Source: Candidatus Krumholzibacteriia bacterium (GTDB lineage: Bacteria; Krumholzibacteriota; Krumholzibacteriia; Krumholzibacteriales; Krumholzibacteriaceae). Taken from it: a stretch of 64,000 bases of DNA. Position 1 is the first letter of the stretch; the number at the start of each line of letters is the position of its first letter. Under the pieces are notes generated by a model, which saw only the letters and a program-made list of their open reading frames with translations, was not told where the DNA came from and searched no databases. Positions 1 to 11,679 of the stretch are shown piece by piece. The position numbers and the translations under genes were made by a program. The stretch is from the NCBI GenBank assembly GCA_963836185.1, contig CAWIIQ010000003.1, positions 96,001-160,000 on the forward strand. The letters are read 5' to 3'.

Positions 1-1170
1 GAACCAGTCGCCCGGATCGAGGGCCTTCTTGGATTTTCTTATCTCGAAATGTATCGTCCCGCCGCTACCCGACGCCGCGCTGCCCGCCTCCGCGATCACG
101 CTTCCCTTTTCCACCTGCGCGGCCTGAGCGACGAATATCTCCGACGTATGAGCATAGAGGGTATAATATCCGCTGCCGTGATTCAATATAATGCAGTTTC
201 CGTATCCCGGCAGGTCGCCGGCATATTCGACGCGGCCCCTCGCCACGGCGCGTACCGGCTCGCCTGTCCTCGTGCTGATATCGATCCCCGTGTTGAAGGT
301 GACCGTCCCGTACTCGGGGTGCCTGAACCTGCCGAACTCCCGCGTGATCTTGCCGTCGACCGGCCGGGGAAGCCGTCCCTGCAGGGACGCGAAATCTCCC
401 TCGCCATAATCCCCCCAGTCCTGGGACTGCGACAGCCGCGCCTTCTCCAGCTCGGCGATGAGGTCCTGCATCTGCCGCTCACGTTCCTCGAGCTCCGACG
501 CCCTCTTCTGGTGCTGCTGCTTGGATGTCCTCAGGTCGGCGAGTGTCTGCCGCCTCTTCGCCTCGTTCTCGTCGAGTTTCTTTATCTCCGATTCCTTCTC
601 GGTCCTCGAAGACGAGACCTCCTGCAGGAGCTCCGTCAGCTCCGCCTCCTGCATCTCGATCCCCGCCTTGCGCTCCCTCACGTCCGCTATCATGTCGGCG
701 TCCCTCTCGGCTATCAGCGAGAGAAACTTGTACCTCTGAAGGAGGTCGGAAAAATCCTCCGCCGTGAGAAGCTCCTGCCAGACATGGCGCGGCCCGTCCT
801 TGTATATCTCCCTGAGCCTCCCTGTGAAGACCTCCAGCCTGTGCCTGTATATGATCTCGTTCGTCTCTAGATCGGCGCGAAGCTGCCCCACCTGCTCCTC
901 GAGCATCGACTCCTTGTCCGAGAGCCCCTCGAGGAGCCGCTTCATCAGTTTCTCCTCGTTCTCGAGCTTCTTTATGTACTCGCTGACGTCACGTTCCTGC
1001 TCCTCGATATCGGATATCTTCCTTCTCTGTTCGTGGATCTCGCGGCGAAGCTTCTGGAGCTCGTCTTCCTTGCCCTTGATGTTCTCATCGAGGTCCCTCT
1101 CCTGGGACCACGCCGGAGAGACCATCAGCGCGGCAAGTGTGAATATCGATATGAGAAGCCTGGCCGTCAT
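1..1170 (-). CDS. envC: Murein hydrolase activator EnvC family (coiled coil + M23 domain), runs off window edge
   Basis: Manual translation from ATG at 1170 (MTARLLISIFTLAAL signal peptide), long E/K/L coiled coil, C-terminal M23 motifs NTGIDI, GYGNCIILNHG, YAH, HFEIRK...LDP; directly downstream of ftsEX. Confidence 0.85.
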   Translation of the reverse strand, partial: MTARLLISIFTLAALMVSPAWSQERDLDENIKGKEDELQKLRREIHEQRRKISDIEEQERDVSEYIKKLENEEKLMKRLLEGLSDKESMLEEQVGQLRADLETNEIIYRHRLEVFTGRLREIYKDGPRHVWQELLTAEDFSDLLQRYKFLSLIAERDADMIADVRERKAGIEMQEAELTELLQEVSSSRTEKESEIKKLDENEAKRRQTLADLRTSKQQHQKRASELEERERQMQDLIAELEKARLSQSQDWGDYGEGDFASLQGRLPRPVDGKITREFGRFRHPEYGTVTFNTGIDISTRTGEPVRAVARGRVEYAGDLPGYGNCIILNHGSGYYTLYAHTSEIFVAQAAQVEKGSVIAEAGSAASGSGGTIHFEIRKSKKALDPGDWF

Positions 1171-1185
1171 GACGGAGTCCGCCTG

Positions 1186-2056
1186 TCAGAGCTTGAGGAA
1201 CCGGCGCATCGCCGAATAGCTTCCGACCGCGCCGAGCAAGGCGCAGAAGAACACGAATCCGCCGAGAGCGTCGTACCTCATGAATACAAGCCCGGGGAGG
1301 TATTTCGACGAGAGCGTATAGATCACAGCGAGGAGCGCGATCGCAATGAGCGAAGCTGCCATCCCCTGGAGGGCGCCCTCGAGGATGAAGGGAATGCGTA
1401 TGAAGGCGTTCGTCGCGCCGACGAGCTTCATCACATCTATCGTCGTGCGCCTGTGCAGCACGGTCAGCCTTACGGTATTGTATATGACGAATATCACGGA
1501 GAGGAATATGATCAGGCCGAAGGCGAGGTCGATTATGTATATCCCCTTCGCGAGCCGTCTCGCCCCTCTCGAACCATTTCTTGCCGTAACGGACCTCCTC
1601 GACCCCTTCCCACTTCTCCGTCGCTGCCGCGATCGAAGCGAGGAACTCGCTCGTTATGTAACCCTGCTTGGGCTTCACCCTGAACGCGTCGGGAAGAGGG
1701 TTCTCCACGAGCTCGTCGAGAAGGTCGCTCTCCTCGCCGAGCATCTCCCTGAACTCGATCAGCGCCTCGTCCTTCGATATGAACGAGACCTCTTCGATGC
1801 CGCGAAACCCGAGGAGCTTGAGCTGTATATCCTGCGTCACTTCCTGATCGAGCCCATCCTCGAGATAGACGAAGAGCCGCATCTCCTCGCTCGTCTTGTC
1901 TATCAGGCTCGCCATGTTGAGCGTCACCATCAGGAAGACGACGAGGATCAGCAGGGAGAGGCCCATGATGATCACGGCGATCGTGTTCCCGCCCTTCCTC
2001 CTGCCGAGGTTGGTCATCATCTCGTCGATCATGTATTTCGCGGTCCGGAGATTCAT
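1186..2056 (-). CDS. ftsX: Cell division permease FtsX (one frame break near 1557)
   Basis: TM1 + SKDEAL + ENPLPD motifs in ORF 1085-2449; YNTVRL, MKLVGAT, PFILEG in ORF 1186-1497. Confidence 0.88.
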
Positions 2057-2840
2057 TCCGTCTCCTCGTCGTCCCGAATATCGTGATCGGAGAGCTGTTC
2101 CGCTCTTCGCGCCACCCTCGACTCGTCGAGCCTGTCGCGCACGTCGCCCACGAATATCATCTCGCGGTCGCGGGCGATCTTCCCGTCCTCGAGGTAGATT
2201 ATCCTCTGCCCGAAGCTCTGCACCATCTCTATGTCGTGAGTGGCCATCAGCACCGCCGTGCCGCCGGCGTTGATCTTGAAGAGGAGCTCGATCACATTCT
2301 TCGTCGCCATGGCGTCGAGGTTCCCCGTCGGCTCGTCGGCAAGGAGGATGGCGGGCCTGTTGGCTACCGCCCGGCGATCGCGACCCTCTGCTGCTCCCCG
2401 CCCGAGAGGGCCCGGGGGAAGTCGTGCCGCTTGTGATAGAGGCCGACATATGTGAGTATCTCTGTGACTCTCTGCTTTATCTCGCCCATCTGCGTGCCGG
2501 TGACCTTCATCGCCAGCGCGATATTCTCGAATACCGTCCTGTCCTCTATCAGCCGGAAATCCTGGAAGACGATGCCGATCTTCCTGCGCAGGGCGGGAAT
2601 CGTCTTTCTCGTGACACGGGTCGAGACGAAGGGGCCGACTACGATCTGGCCCTCGTCCGGCCTGTCGTCCATGTACATCATCCTCAGCAGGGTGCTCTTC
2701 CCCGCGCCGCTCGGCCCGACGAGGAAGACGAACTCGCCGTTGGTCACCTGCATGTTTATATCGGTCAGCGAGAAGTGCCTGCCGAGATCCTTCGAGAGGT
2801 GATAGACGCCCGCGATGATCCTCTGTTCCTGTGAGCTCAT
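2053..2840 (-). CDS. ftsE: Cell division ATP-binding protein FtsE (one frame break near 2372)
   Basis: GPSGAGKST, VFQDFRL, LSGGEQQRVAIA, then ADEPTGNLD and ATHD in the adjacent frame; next to ftsX. Confidence 0.9.
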
Positions 2841-3868
2841 CCGGCCGCCCTCCTCTCCGTCTGCCGTGTGCGGCAGCAGTGCACGGCGAGCTCGAGCGCC
2901 GAGGCGAGGCTTCCGCTCTCCGCCTCTCCCCTGCCGGCGATATCATACGCGGTCCCGTGGCAGACCGAGGTCCTGACGGCGGGCAGCCCGATCGTCATGT
3001 TCACGCCCCGGTCGAACCCGGACATCTTGAAGGGGATCATTCCCTGGTCGTGGTAGAGGGCGACGAAGGCGTCGCATCCTCTCTTTTCGGGGTGGTAGAA
3101 GAGAGTGTCCGCCGGGAAGGGCCCGCGCGCGTCGATTCCTTCCCGGGCCAGTTCCTCGATCGCCGGTATGATCACTTCGTCTTCCTCGGTGCCTGTCACT
3201 CCGCCGTCACCCCCGTGAGGATTGAGGGCGGCTATGTCGATGCGGGGGCTCTCTATCCCCCAGAGTTCCCTGAGCGCGGTGTCGGTGACCCTGACTCCCG
3301 TCATGAGCCTCCTGGCGGTAACAGCCGAAGGCACGTCGACAAGCGGGATGTCGCGGGTGAGTATAACTATCCGCAGCGCGCCGGAGACCATTATCATCTG
3401 GCAGTCGGGCGCGTCGAGAAGGTCGGAGAGCATGTCCGTGTGGCCGATGTAGCTGTACCCGGCGAGCCCCAGCGCCTCCTTCGAGATCGGGCCCGTTACG
3501 ATACCCTCGATGATCCCTTCGGAGGCGAGTCTCGCCGCCGCTTCGACCGCCTCGCCCGAGACGGCGCCACCGGCCGCGCTCGGCCCTCCGGCGGGGACGT
3601 CCCGCCCCTTTCCTGTATCGATTATCACCGGCGAACCACCGGCGAGCGCTTCGAGAAGCTCCGGGCCAGCAACCGATCCAGTGCCGATCACGCGCGGCAC
3701 CCGCGCTCCCGCCTTCACTACCGCTTCCGTAATGGCTGAGGCTGACCCGATCAGCGCGATGTCCGCCCCGAGATCTGTCCCGGAGGCAAGAAGCGCCGCC
3801 GTGATCTCCGGCCCTATTCCGGCGGGATCGCCGACCGTAAGCGCTATCTGTATCCGCCGCTCCATCAT
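2837..3868 (-). CDS. pdxA: 4-hydroxythreonine-4-phosphate dehydrogenase PdxA
   Basis: GDPAGIGPE, GHTD, LNPHGG, GPFPADT, YHDQG, RTSVCHGTAYDIAG motifs. Confidence 0.92.
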   Translation of the reverse strand: MMERRIQIALTVGDPAGIGPEITAALLASGTDLGADIALIGSASAITEAVVKAGARVPRVIGTGSVAGPELLEALAGGSPVIIDTGKGRDVPAGGPSAAGGAVSGEAVEAAARLASEGIIEGIVTGPISKEALGLAGYSYIGHTDMLSDLLDAPDCQMIMVSGALRIVILTRDIPLVDVPSAVTARRLMTGVRVTDTALRELWGIESPRIDIAALNPHGGDGGVTGTEEDEVIIPAIEELAREGIDARGPFPADTLFYHPEKRGCDAFVALYHDQGMIPFKMSGFDRGVNMTIGLPAVRTSVCHGTAYDIAGRGEAESGSLASALELAVHCCRTRQTERRAAG

Positions 3869-4152
3869 TCTTTTCCAGTCTCCCTGACCACGCGGTAATA
3901 TCCGGGCGCGTCTTTTCTCGCCACCTGCCCCGGCGGCATCTCGAGGATCTCGACAACGAGGGAATGCCCCGGCTGCCTGATCTCGATAATATCGCCTTCC
4001 GCCGCTACGCGCGACGGCTTTACAACCGCGCCGTTGATCGTGACGCTTCCCGTCTCGCATCCCTTTCTCGCGAGGCTTCTCGTCTTGACGAGACAGAGCG
4101 TCTTGAGAAGGGAATCTATCCTCATCGCCTCATCCCTCATCATCTCATCCAC
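3865..4152 (-). CDS. S4-domain RNA-binding protein (Hsp15/RqcP-like)
   Basis: MRIDSLL...KTRSLA...G.V.ING...KPS..V..GD.I pattern. Confidence 0.85.
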   Translation of the reverse strand: MDEMMRDEAMRIDSLLKTLCLVKTRSLARKGCETGSVTINGAVVKPSRVAAEGDIIEIRQPGHSLVVEILEMPPGQVARKDAPGYYRVVRETGKE

Positions 4153-5537
4153 TTCCCGTGCTCTTGTGCTGCACGTCCGATTCCACGCCGATCTTTATGT
4201 CGACGTAGTATATGCCCTTGAGCTCGTGGACGTATTCCGCGAACTTCTCCATTCTCTTCTGCTGCAGGAGATGGCTCTCCAGCTCCATTTTCGCTTCCTG
4301 GTAAGTGTAGGGACGCGCCGGATTCTTCTCCAGCACCTTTATTATCCTGAATCCCGCGTCTTCCTTGACGACAGGCGAGATCCCGCCGACCTCCGTCTCT
4401 CTCAGTATGTCGAGGAGATAGTCGTTCTTGCCGACAAGCGCCTCGAGGGGGAGCTCGTTGGCGATGACTCCGCCGTTGTTCCTGGTCTTGTCGTCCGCTG
4501 AATATTTCGCGGCGGCTATCGCGAAATCGAGGCCGTCAAGTATCTCTTTCCTGATATTCTCTGCCCTCACCGCCGCATCGGCGACCTGGGTGTCATCCGT
4601 CTCCACCTTTATCAGTATGTGCCGCAGCTTGACCTGGTCCCCCCTGACATCCTCGAGCTTGATCAGGTGCCACCCGAATCTCGTCAAGCACCGGGGGGCT
4701 GACCTCACCGACGATGAGTTTTCTCGCCGCATTCTCGAATGGCGGGCTTCCGAGGTCATCGAGCTGGATATATCCGAGGCTTCCCCCGAATTTCGAGCTC
4801 GGGTCCTCCGAGTACTGCTCTGCCGCCTTTTCGAATTCCATCCCCGCCTTTATCTGGTCCTCGACCGCCTTGATCCTCTCGAGCGAGGCGTTGCTCGCCT
4901 CGTCGGCTAAACCCGGCATGATGACTATCTGCGCGAGCTTCATCGTCGACGGCCTCTTCGGCAGCTCGTTCTGGTGCTCCCTGTAGTACTGCCTTACCTC
5001 TGAATCGGTGACGGTGACATCCTTGAACACCTCGCCCCTGAGGAGCTGCTCGATCAGGTATCTCGACCTGATCTTTTCCTTCCACTGGGAGCGGAGCTGC
5101 TGAAGGGTCAGGCCCGCCTTCTCCAGCTCCCTGTTGAAGATCTCGTCGCTGCCCGCGTTTCGCCGGCTGTCCTCGAGCGCTCTCTCGAGCTCTTCCTCTA
5201 CGGCCTCGTCCGGGACCACGACCCCGGTCTTGTCGGCGTGCACGGCAAGAAGCTGGTCGGAAACAAGCTGCTCGAGTATCTGCGCGCGGAGCTGCGCTTC
5301 CTGGTCGGATGGAAGCGAGGTCGTCTGGTTCTGGAAGAGGTACTGCTTGTACTCCATATCCATCTCGCTCTGGAGGATCGCCCGGTCCTCGACCACGGCG
5401 ATGACCCTGTCGATCACCTCGCCCTTCGGCTGGCCGCTCTTCTCGCTCTCCGGCTGGACCTCCTGCGCGAAGACCGCGGCCGCGGCGAGCAGCACGGCGG
5501 TCAGCGCCGCCGCTGATATCCTTGACTTCATCATCAT
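4145..5537 (-). CDS. surA: SurA-like periplasmic chaperone/parvulin PPIase (frame break near 4687)
   Basis: Signal peptide, DRVIAVVEDRAILQSE N-domain, two parvulin domains (FEKAAEQYSEDPSSKFGGSLG; FGWHLIKL; RHILIK). Confidence 0.85.
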
Positions 5538-5544
5538 CCTTCCA

Positions 5545-6426
5545 TTATCGATCGTATCGGCCGCAGACCGTGTCAGCCGGCGGGGTGTCCCCCGAATAGT
5601 CACCGGCGAAATATTCCACTTCGGTGATCCCGTGACAGCCTGTCGATCAGCTCGCGGTATGCCGCGTTCCTCCTGGCCATCACCAGCTGGTTCATTATCC
5701 TCTCGCGGACATCGTCGAGCTCGACCTTGACCTGCGCCTCGCGCGTCCCGACGAGTTTGATTATGTGATAGCCGAACTCGGACTGCACGATATCGCTGAT
5801 CTCGCCCGGCTTCATGTCGAAGACGACCGTCTCGAAGGCCGGTATCATGTTTCCCTTGGTCAGGTAGCCGAGATCGCCGCCCCTGCGGGCGACCGGATCG
5901 ACCGAGTGCCTGTTGGCGACCCAGGTGAAGCTATTCTTTTCGAGCATCTCCTCGACCTGCAGCGCTTCCTCGAGCGAGTTGACCATGATATGGCTGACCC
6001 TGTATTCGTATATGTACTGGTCCCTGTTGATCCGCGAAATATTCCTCGATCTCCTCTTCGGAGACCTCGATCCTCTCGCGCAGCTCGATAAATGTCAGGT
6101 GGTCGGCGAGAAACTCTCTCTCGAGGCTCTCGAGCCTCGCTCTTATCCTCGGATCGTTGTGGAGACCCCTCCTGACCGCCTCGCCGTACAAGCAATTCCA
6201 CCTCGACCCACTGGCGTACCCAGGCGGCTTTCTCCGACGCGGAAAAGGGCGTCTTGTCGCCGGCGGGAAGAAGTATCTCAAGGTGGCTCCCCGTAAGGAC
6301 ATTCCCGTCGACCATGACGATCGCGTCGGGGGGAAGGGAGGAGTCGTCACGCACGTCCCCGCCCCCGCATCCCGCAACCAGCAGGAGCAGGATGAGGAGG
6401 GCGGATCGAACCGTGCGCCTGTTCAT
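5545..6426 (-). CDS. Lipoprotein parvulin PPIase, PrsA/PpiC-like (about 3 frame breaks; end approximate)
   Basis: Lipobox VAGC; HSVDPVARRGGDLGY, GEISDIVQSEFGYHIIK spread over ORFs 5860-6426, 5931-6377, 5600-5986. Confidence 0.78.
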
Positions 6427-6449
6427 ATCGATTTTCCGGGCCCTTCCGA

Positions 6450-8150
6450 TCAGAGCCGGGTCCTTTTCAACTCGGCCCCGGCCAGGGCTTTCTCATCTAT
6501 CTCGATTGTAAAGTCCTCACGCCATTTTTCGAGCTTCACGTTAAGATGCTCTTCGTACCTCTTCTCGAGAAGTGTCTTTTTGATAGTCATCGAGGCTTCC
6601 TCGAATGTCGGCAGCCTCTCCTCCTCGATCGTCTCGACCTTCAGCACGGCCCAGCCTCTCGAGGTCTGGAAAGGCGGCGATATCGATCCGGGGCCGTCGA
6701 GCATGAATCCGACCTCATCGTATTCCGGGATGTTGCCCTTGACGTGAAGCCCGGTAAGACCCAGCGTCTCCTTCGCGGTTTCATCCACCGAATACTTCCC
6801 GATAAGCTTGGTGAAGTGCCATCCCCTCCAGAGCCTTCTCATAGACTTTCTGAGCATCTTCCGGTGTGGCTACGAGGATGACGGCGAAATCTCTCATCTC
6901 CATCCTCATCAGCTGGTCGAGATTCTCGGCGTAATAATCCCGCATATCCACCATCGTCACGGTGACCTCATCCTTGATCTGGTCCTCATACAGCTTCTGA
7001 ACAAGGAACATCTCTTTCTTGTTATCGTAGTTCTTCTTCACTTCGGGGATCTCGAGGATCTTCGCTTCCTCAACGGCATAGACGGGAAGGATCTGGTCGA
7101 AGACGATCCTGTGCATCTTCTCGATGATACCCTTGCGCCCGAACTGCTCTTCTCGGCCTGTCGGGAAGGCTCAGGCCGTAATAGATCTCCTCGAAATCGC
7201 CGATCGTATAGCTGCCGTCCTCATACTGGCAGATCAGCTTGTCCTGGAATTGCGGATCTATTTTCAGCCTCGGGGCGTTCTCCCGGGTGACCTTGTACGA
7301 CATTATATCCTCGTACGGGATGTCCTCGGGCAGTCCGTCGAATGCGATGTTGACCGCGTCGGTGAAGAACTGCAGGCCGATGTCCTCCTCGATCTGCTCC
7401 TTCAGCGCCTCTATGCCCTTCTTCTCCTTGATCGCCTTCACGCGCTTCGCGGCCCATATCTCATCGTACGAAGGCTCTACCTTGCGTTTCCTGTGTACCT
7501 TTATGATCGCCCAGCCGGTCGATGTCTTCAGCGGCTCCGAGATATCCCCGCTCTGCATGCCGAAGAGCGCCTCTTCCACCCACCAGTGGATCCTTCCGAC
7601 AGCGTTGGCTCCGACATATCCACCATGCTCCGCGCCTGTACCGATCGAGTACTTCTTGGCCAGCTCGGCGAAATCCTCGCCGGCGAGAGCCTTCTCACGG
7701 ACCTCGATGATCTCGTCCTCGTTGGCCGTGACGATCTGGCTGAGGGTATACTCGTAGTGCATCTCCCGGAAATACGCGGCGACTTCCTCGTCTGTGACCA
7801 CTACTTCTGCGCGCCACCAGGTAATCCATCATCTGCGCGACGATGAAGGGATTCTTGTACTGCCCCCAGACGTTGACGAACCATTCTTCCTTCTCGTACC
7901 CCATAGCGAGGGCCTTGAGGGCCATGACTTCCTTGTTTATCATGTGGTTGAGAAGTGCTTTCTTCCCTTCGAGATCGTCCGTCGCGGGCAGGAATTTCGT
8001 GTCTATCGTCTCCGAGACCAGCTCGAAATCGGCTACGGTGATCTCTCTCGTATCGACCCTGGCGACTACCTGCGTGCTGTTATCCTTCTCTCCACAGCCT
8101 GCCGTGACGGCCAGGATCGCGATCGCAAAAACCAGTATTGCCCTTCTCAA
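6450..8150 (-). CDS. Lipoprotein with two parvulin PPIase domains (about 3 frame breaks)
   Basis: Lipobox TAGC; GEDFAELAKKYS, SEPLKTSTGWAII, SPPFQTSRGWAV across ORFs 7695-8150, 7070-7801, 6781-7116, 6450-6857. Confidence 0.78.
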
Positions 8151-8231
8151 TGCTCTCTCCTTCCGGAACTCTGGTCCATCTTCCTGTTATTCAGGGCGTT
8201 TCCGCCCATGGTGCGTATCAGTTAAACTATT

Positions 8232-11200
8232 CTATTTATCAAAAAATTCCAATAAATTCAACAGACTTTCGAGATCGGCCGTCCCCGGCTGGGAGGACCA
8301 CAGGTCATCATCCGGGTACTTTTCGTTCCCCGGAGGAGAGACCGTCATCGAAAAACCCTTCTCCATGTGGAAGGTGAGCCTTCCCTCGAACTCCTTCGCG
8401 ATCTCTGCGATCAGTTTCCTGGGTGGGGTGCCTTGCGGCGTAAACACCGCTTTTACAACGCCTTTCGTGTCGATCTCTACGCTGTCGAGCCCGGCGGCAG
8501 CCGCTCTCGCCCTGAATTCGACGAGTTTGACCATATTCTCTCCCGGCGGCGGCGGCGGCGCCGAACCTGTCGATGAGCTCGCTCCGCATCGCGCCGACCT
8601 CCTCGATCCCGCGGACCCGGCTCAACCTGCGATATATGTCCATCCTCTCCTCGGAGTCGGAGACGTAGCTGTCGGGCAGGTATGCCGGCACGGGGACCGA
8701 TATCCTCGCCTCCTGCTCTTCCTCGACCTCTTCGCCCCGCCTCCTGGCCACTTCTTCCCTGATCATTCTCGAATAGAGATCGAGCCCGACCGCGTTGATC
8801 TGGCCCGACTGCTGGTGGCCGAGGAAGTTACCCGCCCCGCGGATCTCGAGGTCCCTCATCGCTATCCGGTAGCCGGCGCCGAGATAATCGAATTCGGTGA
8901 TCGCCTGGAGGCGCCTGATCGCGGTGGAGGTCACCCCTCCCCCCTTCGGGATCAGAAGGTAGGCGTAAGCTTTCCTGTCCGAGCGCCCGACGCGCCCCCT
9001 GAGCTGGTAGAGCTGAGCGAGGCCGAACCTGTCGGACCGGTTTATTATGATCGTGTTGACGTTGGGGAAATCGAGCCCCGCCTCTATTATCATCGTGCTG
9101 AGAAGGACGTCGAACTTCTTCTCGACGAAATCTATCATTATCCGCTCGAGATCCCGCTCTTTCATCTGCCCGTGGGCGTGGGCGATCCTCACCCGGTCGG
9201 GCAGAAGCCTGCGCGAGGTAGCCTTCCATCACCTCGATCGACTGGACGCGGTTGTGGACGAAGAAGACCTGCCCGCCGCGGCCGATCTCGCGCATCACCG
9301 CCTCGCGGATACTCTCGTCGTCGAAGGGAAGTATCTCGGTATGGATCGGCAGCCTGTTGCGCGGGGGCGTGTCGATAACCGATATGTCCCGTATCCCCGA
9401 GATCGCCATCGAGAGCGTCCTCGGTATCGGAGTGGCGGTCATGCTCAGCACATCGACCGTCTTTTTCATCTTCTTGAGTCTTTCTTTCTGGGCGACGCCG
9501 AACCTGTGCTCCTCGTCTACGACGACGAGGCCGAGCTCGGCGAACTTTATGTCCTTCGAGAGGAGGCGGTGCGTGCCTATCAGGATATCGATCTTCCCGT
9601 CCACCACGCCTTCTACGACCTTCTTCCCCTCAGCCGCGGACACGAACCTGCTGAGCATCCCGATATTGACGGGAAAGCCCGTCAGCCGCTCCCTGAAAGT
9701 GTTATAGTGCTGCAGCGCGAGGACGGTCGTAGGGACGAGCACCGCCGCCTGCCGGCCGGCGAGGACCGCCTTGAACGCCGCTCGCACGGCGACCTCCGTC
9801 TTGCCGAAGCCGACGTCTCCGCAGAGGAGCCTGTCCATCGGCCTGAGGTTCTCCATGTCTGCCTTCACCTCGGAGGAGGCCTGCAGCTGGTGCGGGGTCT
9901 CCTCCCACGGGAAGGAGGCCTCCATCTCCTTCTGCCACGGCTTGTCGGGGCCGAAGGCGAAACCGTCGGTCATCTGGCGCGCCGCGTAGATCTCGATCAG
10001 GTCCTGGGCGATCAGGCCGGCGCTCTTGCGCGCCTTCTCCCTCGCCCGGTTCCAGACACCGCTCCCGAGGCGGGCCAGCGATGGCTGCGCTCCTTCGGCG
10101 GCGGTATATTTCTCTACCATCCTGAGCTGCGAGACGGGGATGAAGAGCCTGTCGTCCCCCTCGTACCTTATGTCGAGGCACTCGGTCCTGCTTCTCTCGA
10201 TATCGAGGACCCGCATCCCCATGTACCTGCCTATCCCGTGGCTGACGTGGACGACGAAGTCGCCCGGCTTGAAATGGGACGGATCGTAGACAAGGGACCT
10301 GCTTCTGGCGCGGGGAGAGTGCCACGGCCTGTGGAAGCGGCCGAAGACCTCCTCCTCGCTGAGAAAGACCATGCCGGTATCGGGCCATCTGAATCCGCTC
10401 GAGATCTCGCCGATCGGGAAAATCGATCTCGATAGCTACTTCGGAGAGGATATCCTCGGCCCTGCCCCTCTGGGTCTCGTTCGCGCAGAAGAGAAATATC
10501 CTTCTGCCCCGGTCGAGCTCCCTGCGGACATCGGCCACGAGCCCCTTTATGTTCCTGCGGTAATCACCGACCGCCGATGTGGAGAAACGCACATCGTCAC
10601 CGCCGGTGAGCGCGGTGAAATCGAGCCGTCCCGACGCCTCCTGCGCCGAGGCCCACTCCGGGCCGCCTGCGTAGACGAGATCGGGCGAAGGGTAGAGATT
10701 CTCCTCTCTCGACCTGTCATGCTGCCTCGCGGCCTCCTCCCTGAACTCTTCGATCAGAGACTCGATATCCTCGCTGTCGTAGAAGACGATCAGGGGGGGC
10801 TCCTCCCAGTAATCCGTCACGGGGACGACGTCGTGGACGATGGAGGCGTAATGCTCCATGCCGAAGAAATGTATCCCTGCCGCGAGCCGCTCGGCGGGAA
10901 GCATCATCTTCCTGCGCGCCTCCTCCTCGAGCCCTCCGCTCTCCTTCTCGAGAAAGGCTCCGAGTCTCGCTGATCCCCTCCCTGTCGGGGACAAGATGAT
11001 GCAGCGGGTGGACCCTGATCGATCCGGCCGCGGCGATCGACCGCTGCGTCTCTATATCGAAGGACCGGATGGAGGTTATCTCGTCGCCATCGAACTCCAT
11101 CCTTACCGGATCGACTGAGGTGACCTCGAAAAGATCGAGTATCCCTCCCCTCAGGGCGAACTGCCCCTTCTCCTCGACGATCCCGTGCCTCTCGTAACCG

Positions 11201-11679
11201 AGATGGACGAGGGTCTCCGCGAGTTCGTAGGGGTCTTTCTCATCTCCCGTGACCAGGTCGGCCAGGAGATCGAGGAATAATCCGGGCGCGAACACCTTCT
11301 TCAGGAGCGACGCGGGCGTGCAGACAAGAACGTCGCATCTCTTTTCGGCCATGGCGGCCAGCGCGGCCATCTGCATCCCGGTAAGGTTCCTGTCGGGATC
11401 GTGATAGTCATATGGAAGGATCTCATCCTCAGGATAGAAGATGACACGGCCGGCCCCGAAATGATCGAGATCGGCCGCGATATCCCTCGCCTTTACCGGA
11501 TCGGAAGCTACGACCACGATGCCCCTGCCCAGAAGGGGGGCTAGAGTCGAGAGCACGAGCGAGCGCGAGCTGCCCGTCAGGCCGCCGGCACGGGCGCCGG
11601 CGCCTCGCCGCGCCAGCTTTTGCGACAGTTCGAGGAACGGGGGCAGCTCCGAGATCTTCTTTCTGAGATCTTCCCACAT
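8232..11679 (-). CDS. mfd: Transcription-repair coupling factor Mfd (about 4 frame breaks)
   Basis: RGGILDLF, VVHVSHGIG, MDRLLCGDVGFGKTEVA, DEEHRFGV, TATPIPRTL, QLYQLRGRVGRS, RDLEIRGAGNFLG across five ORF pieces. Confidence 0.93.
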
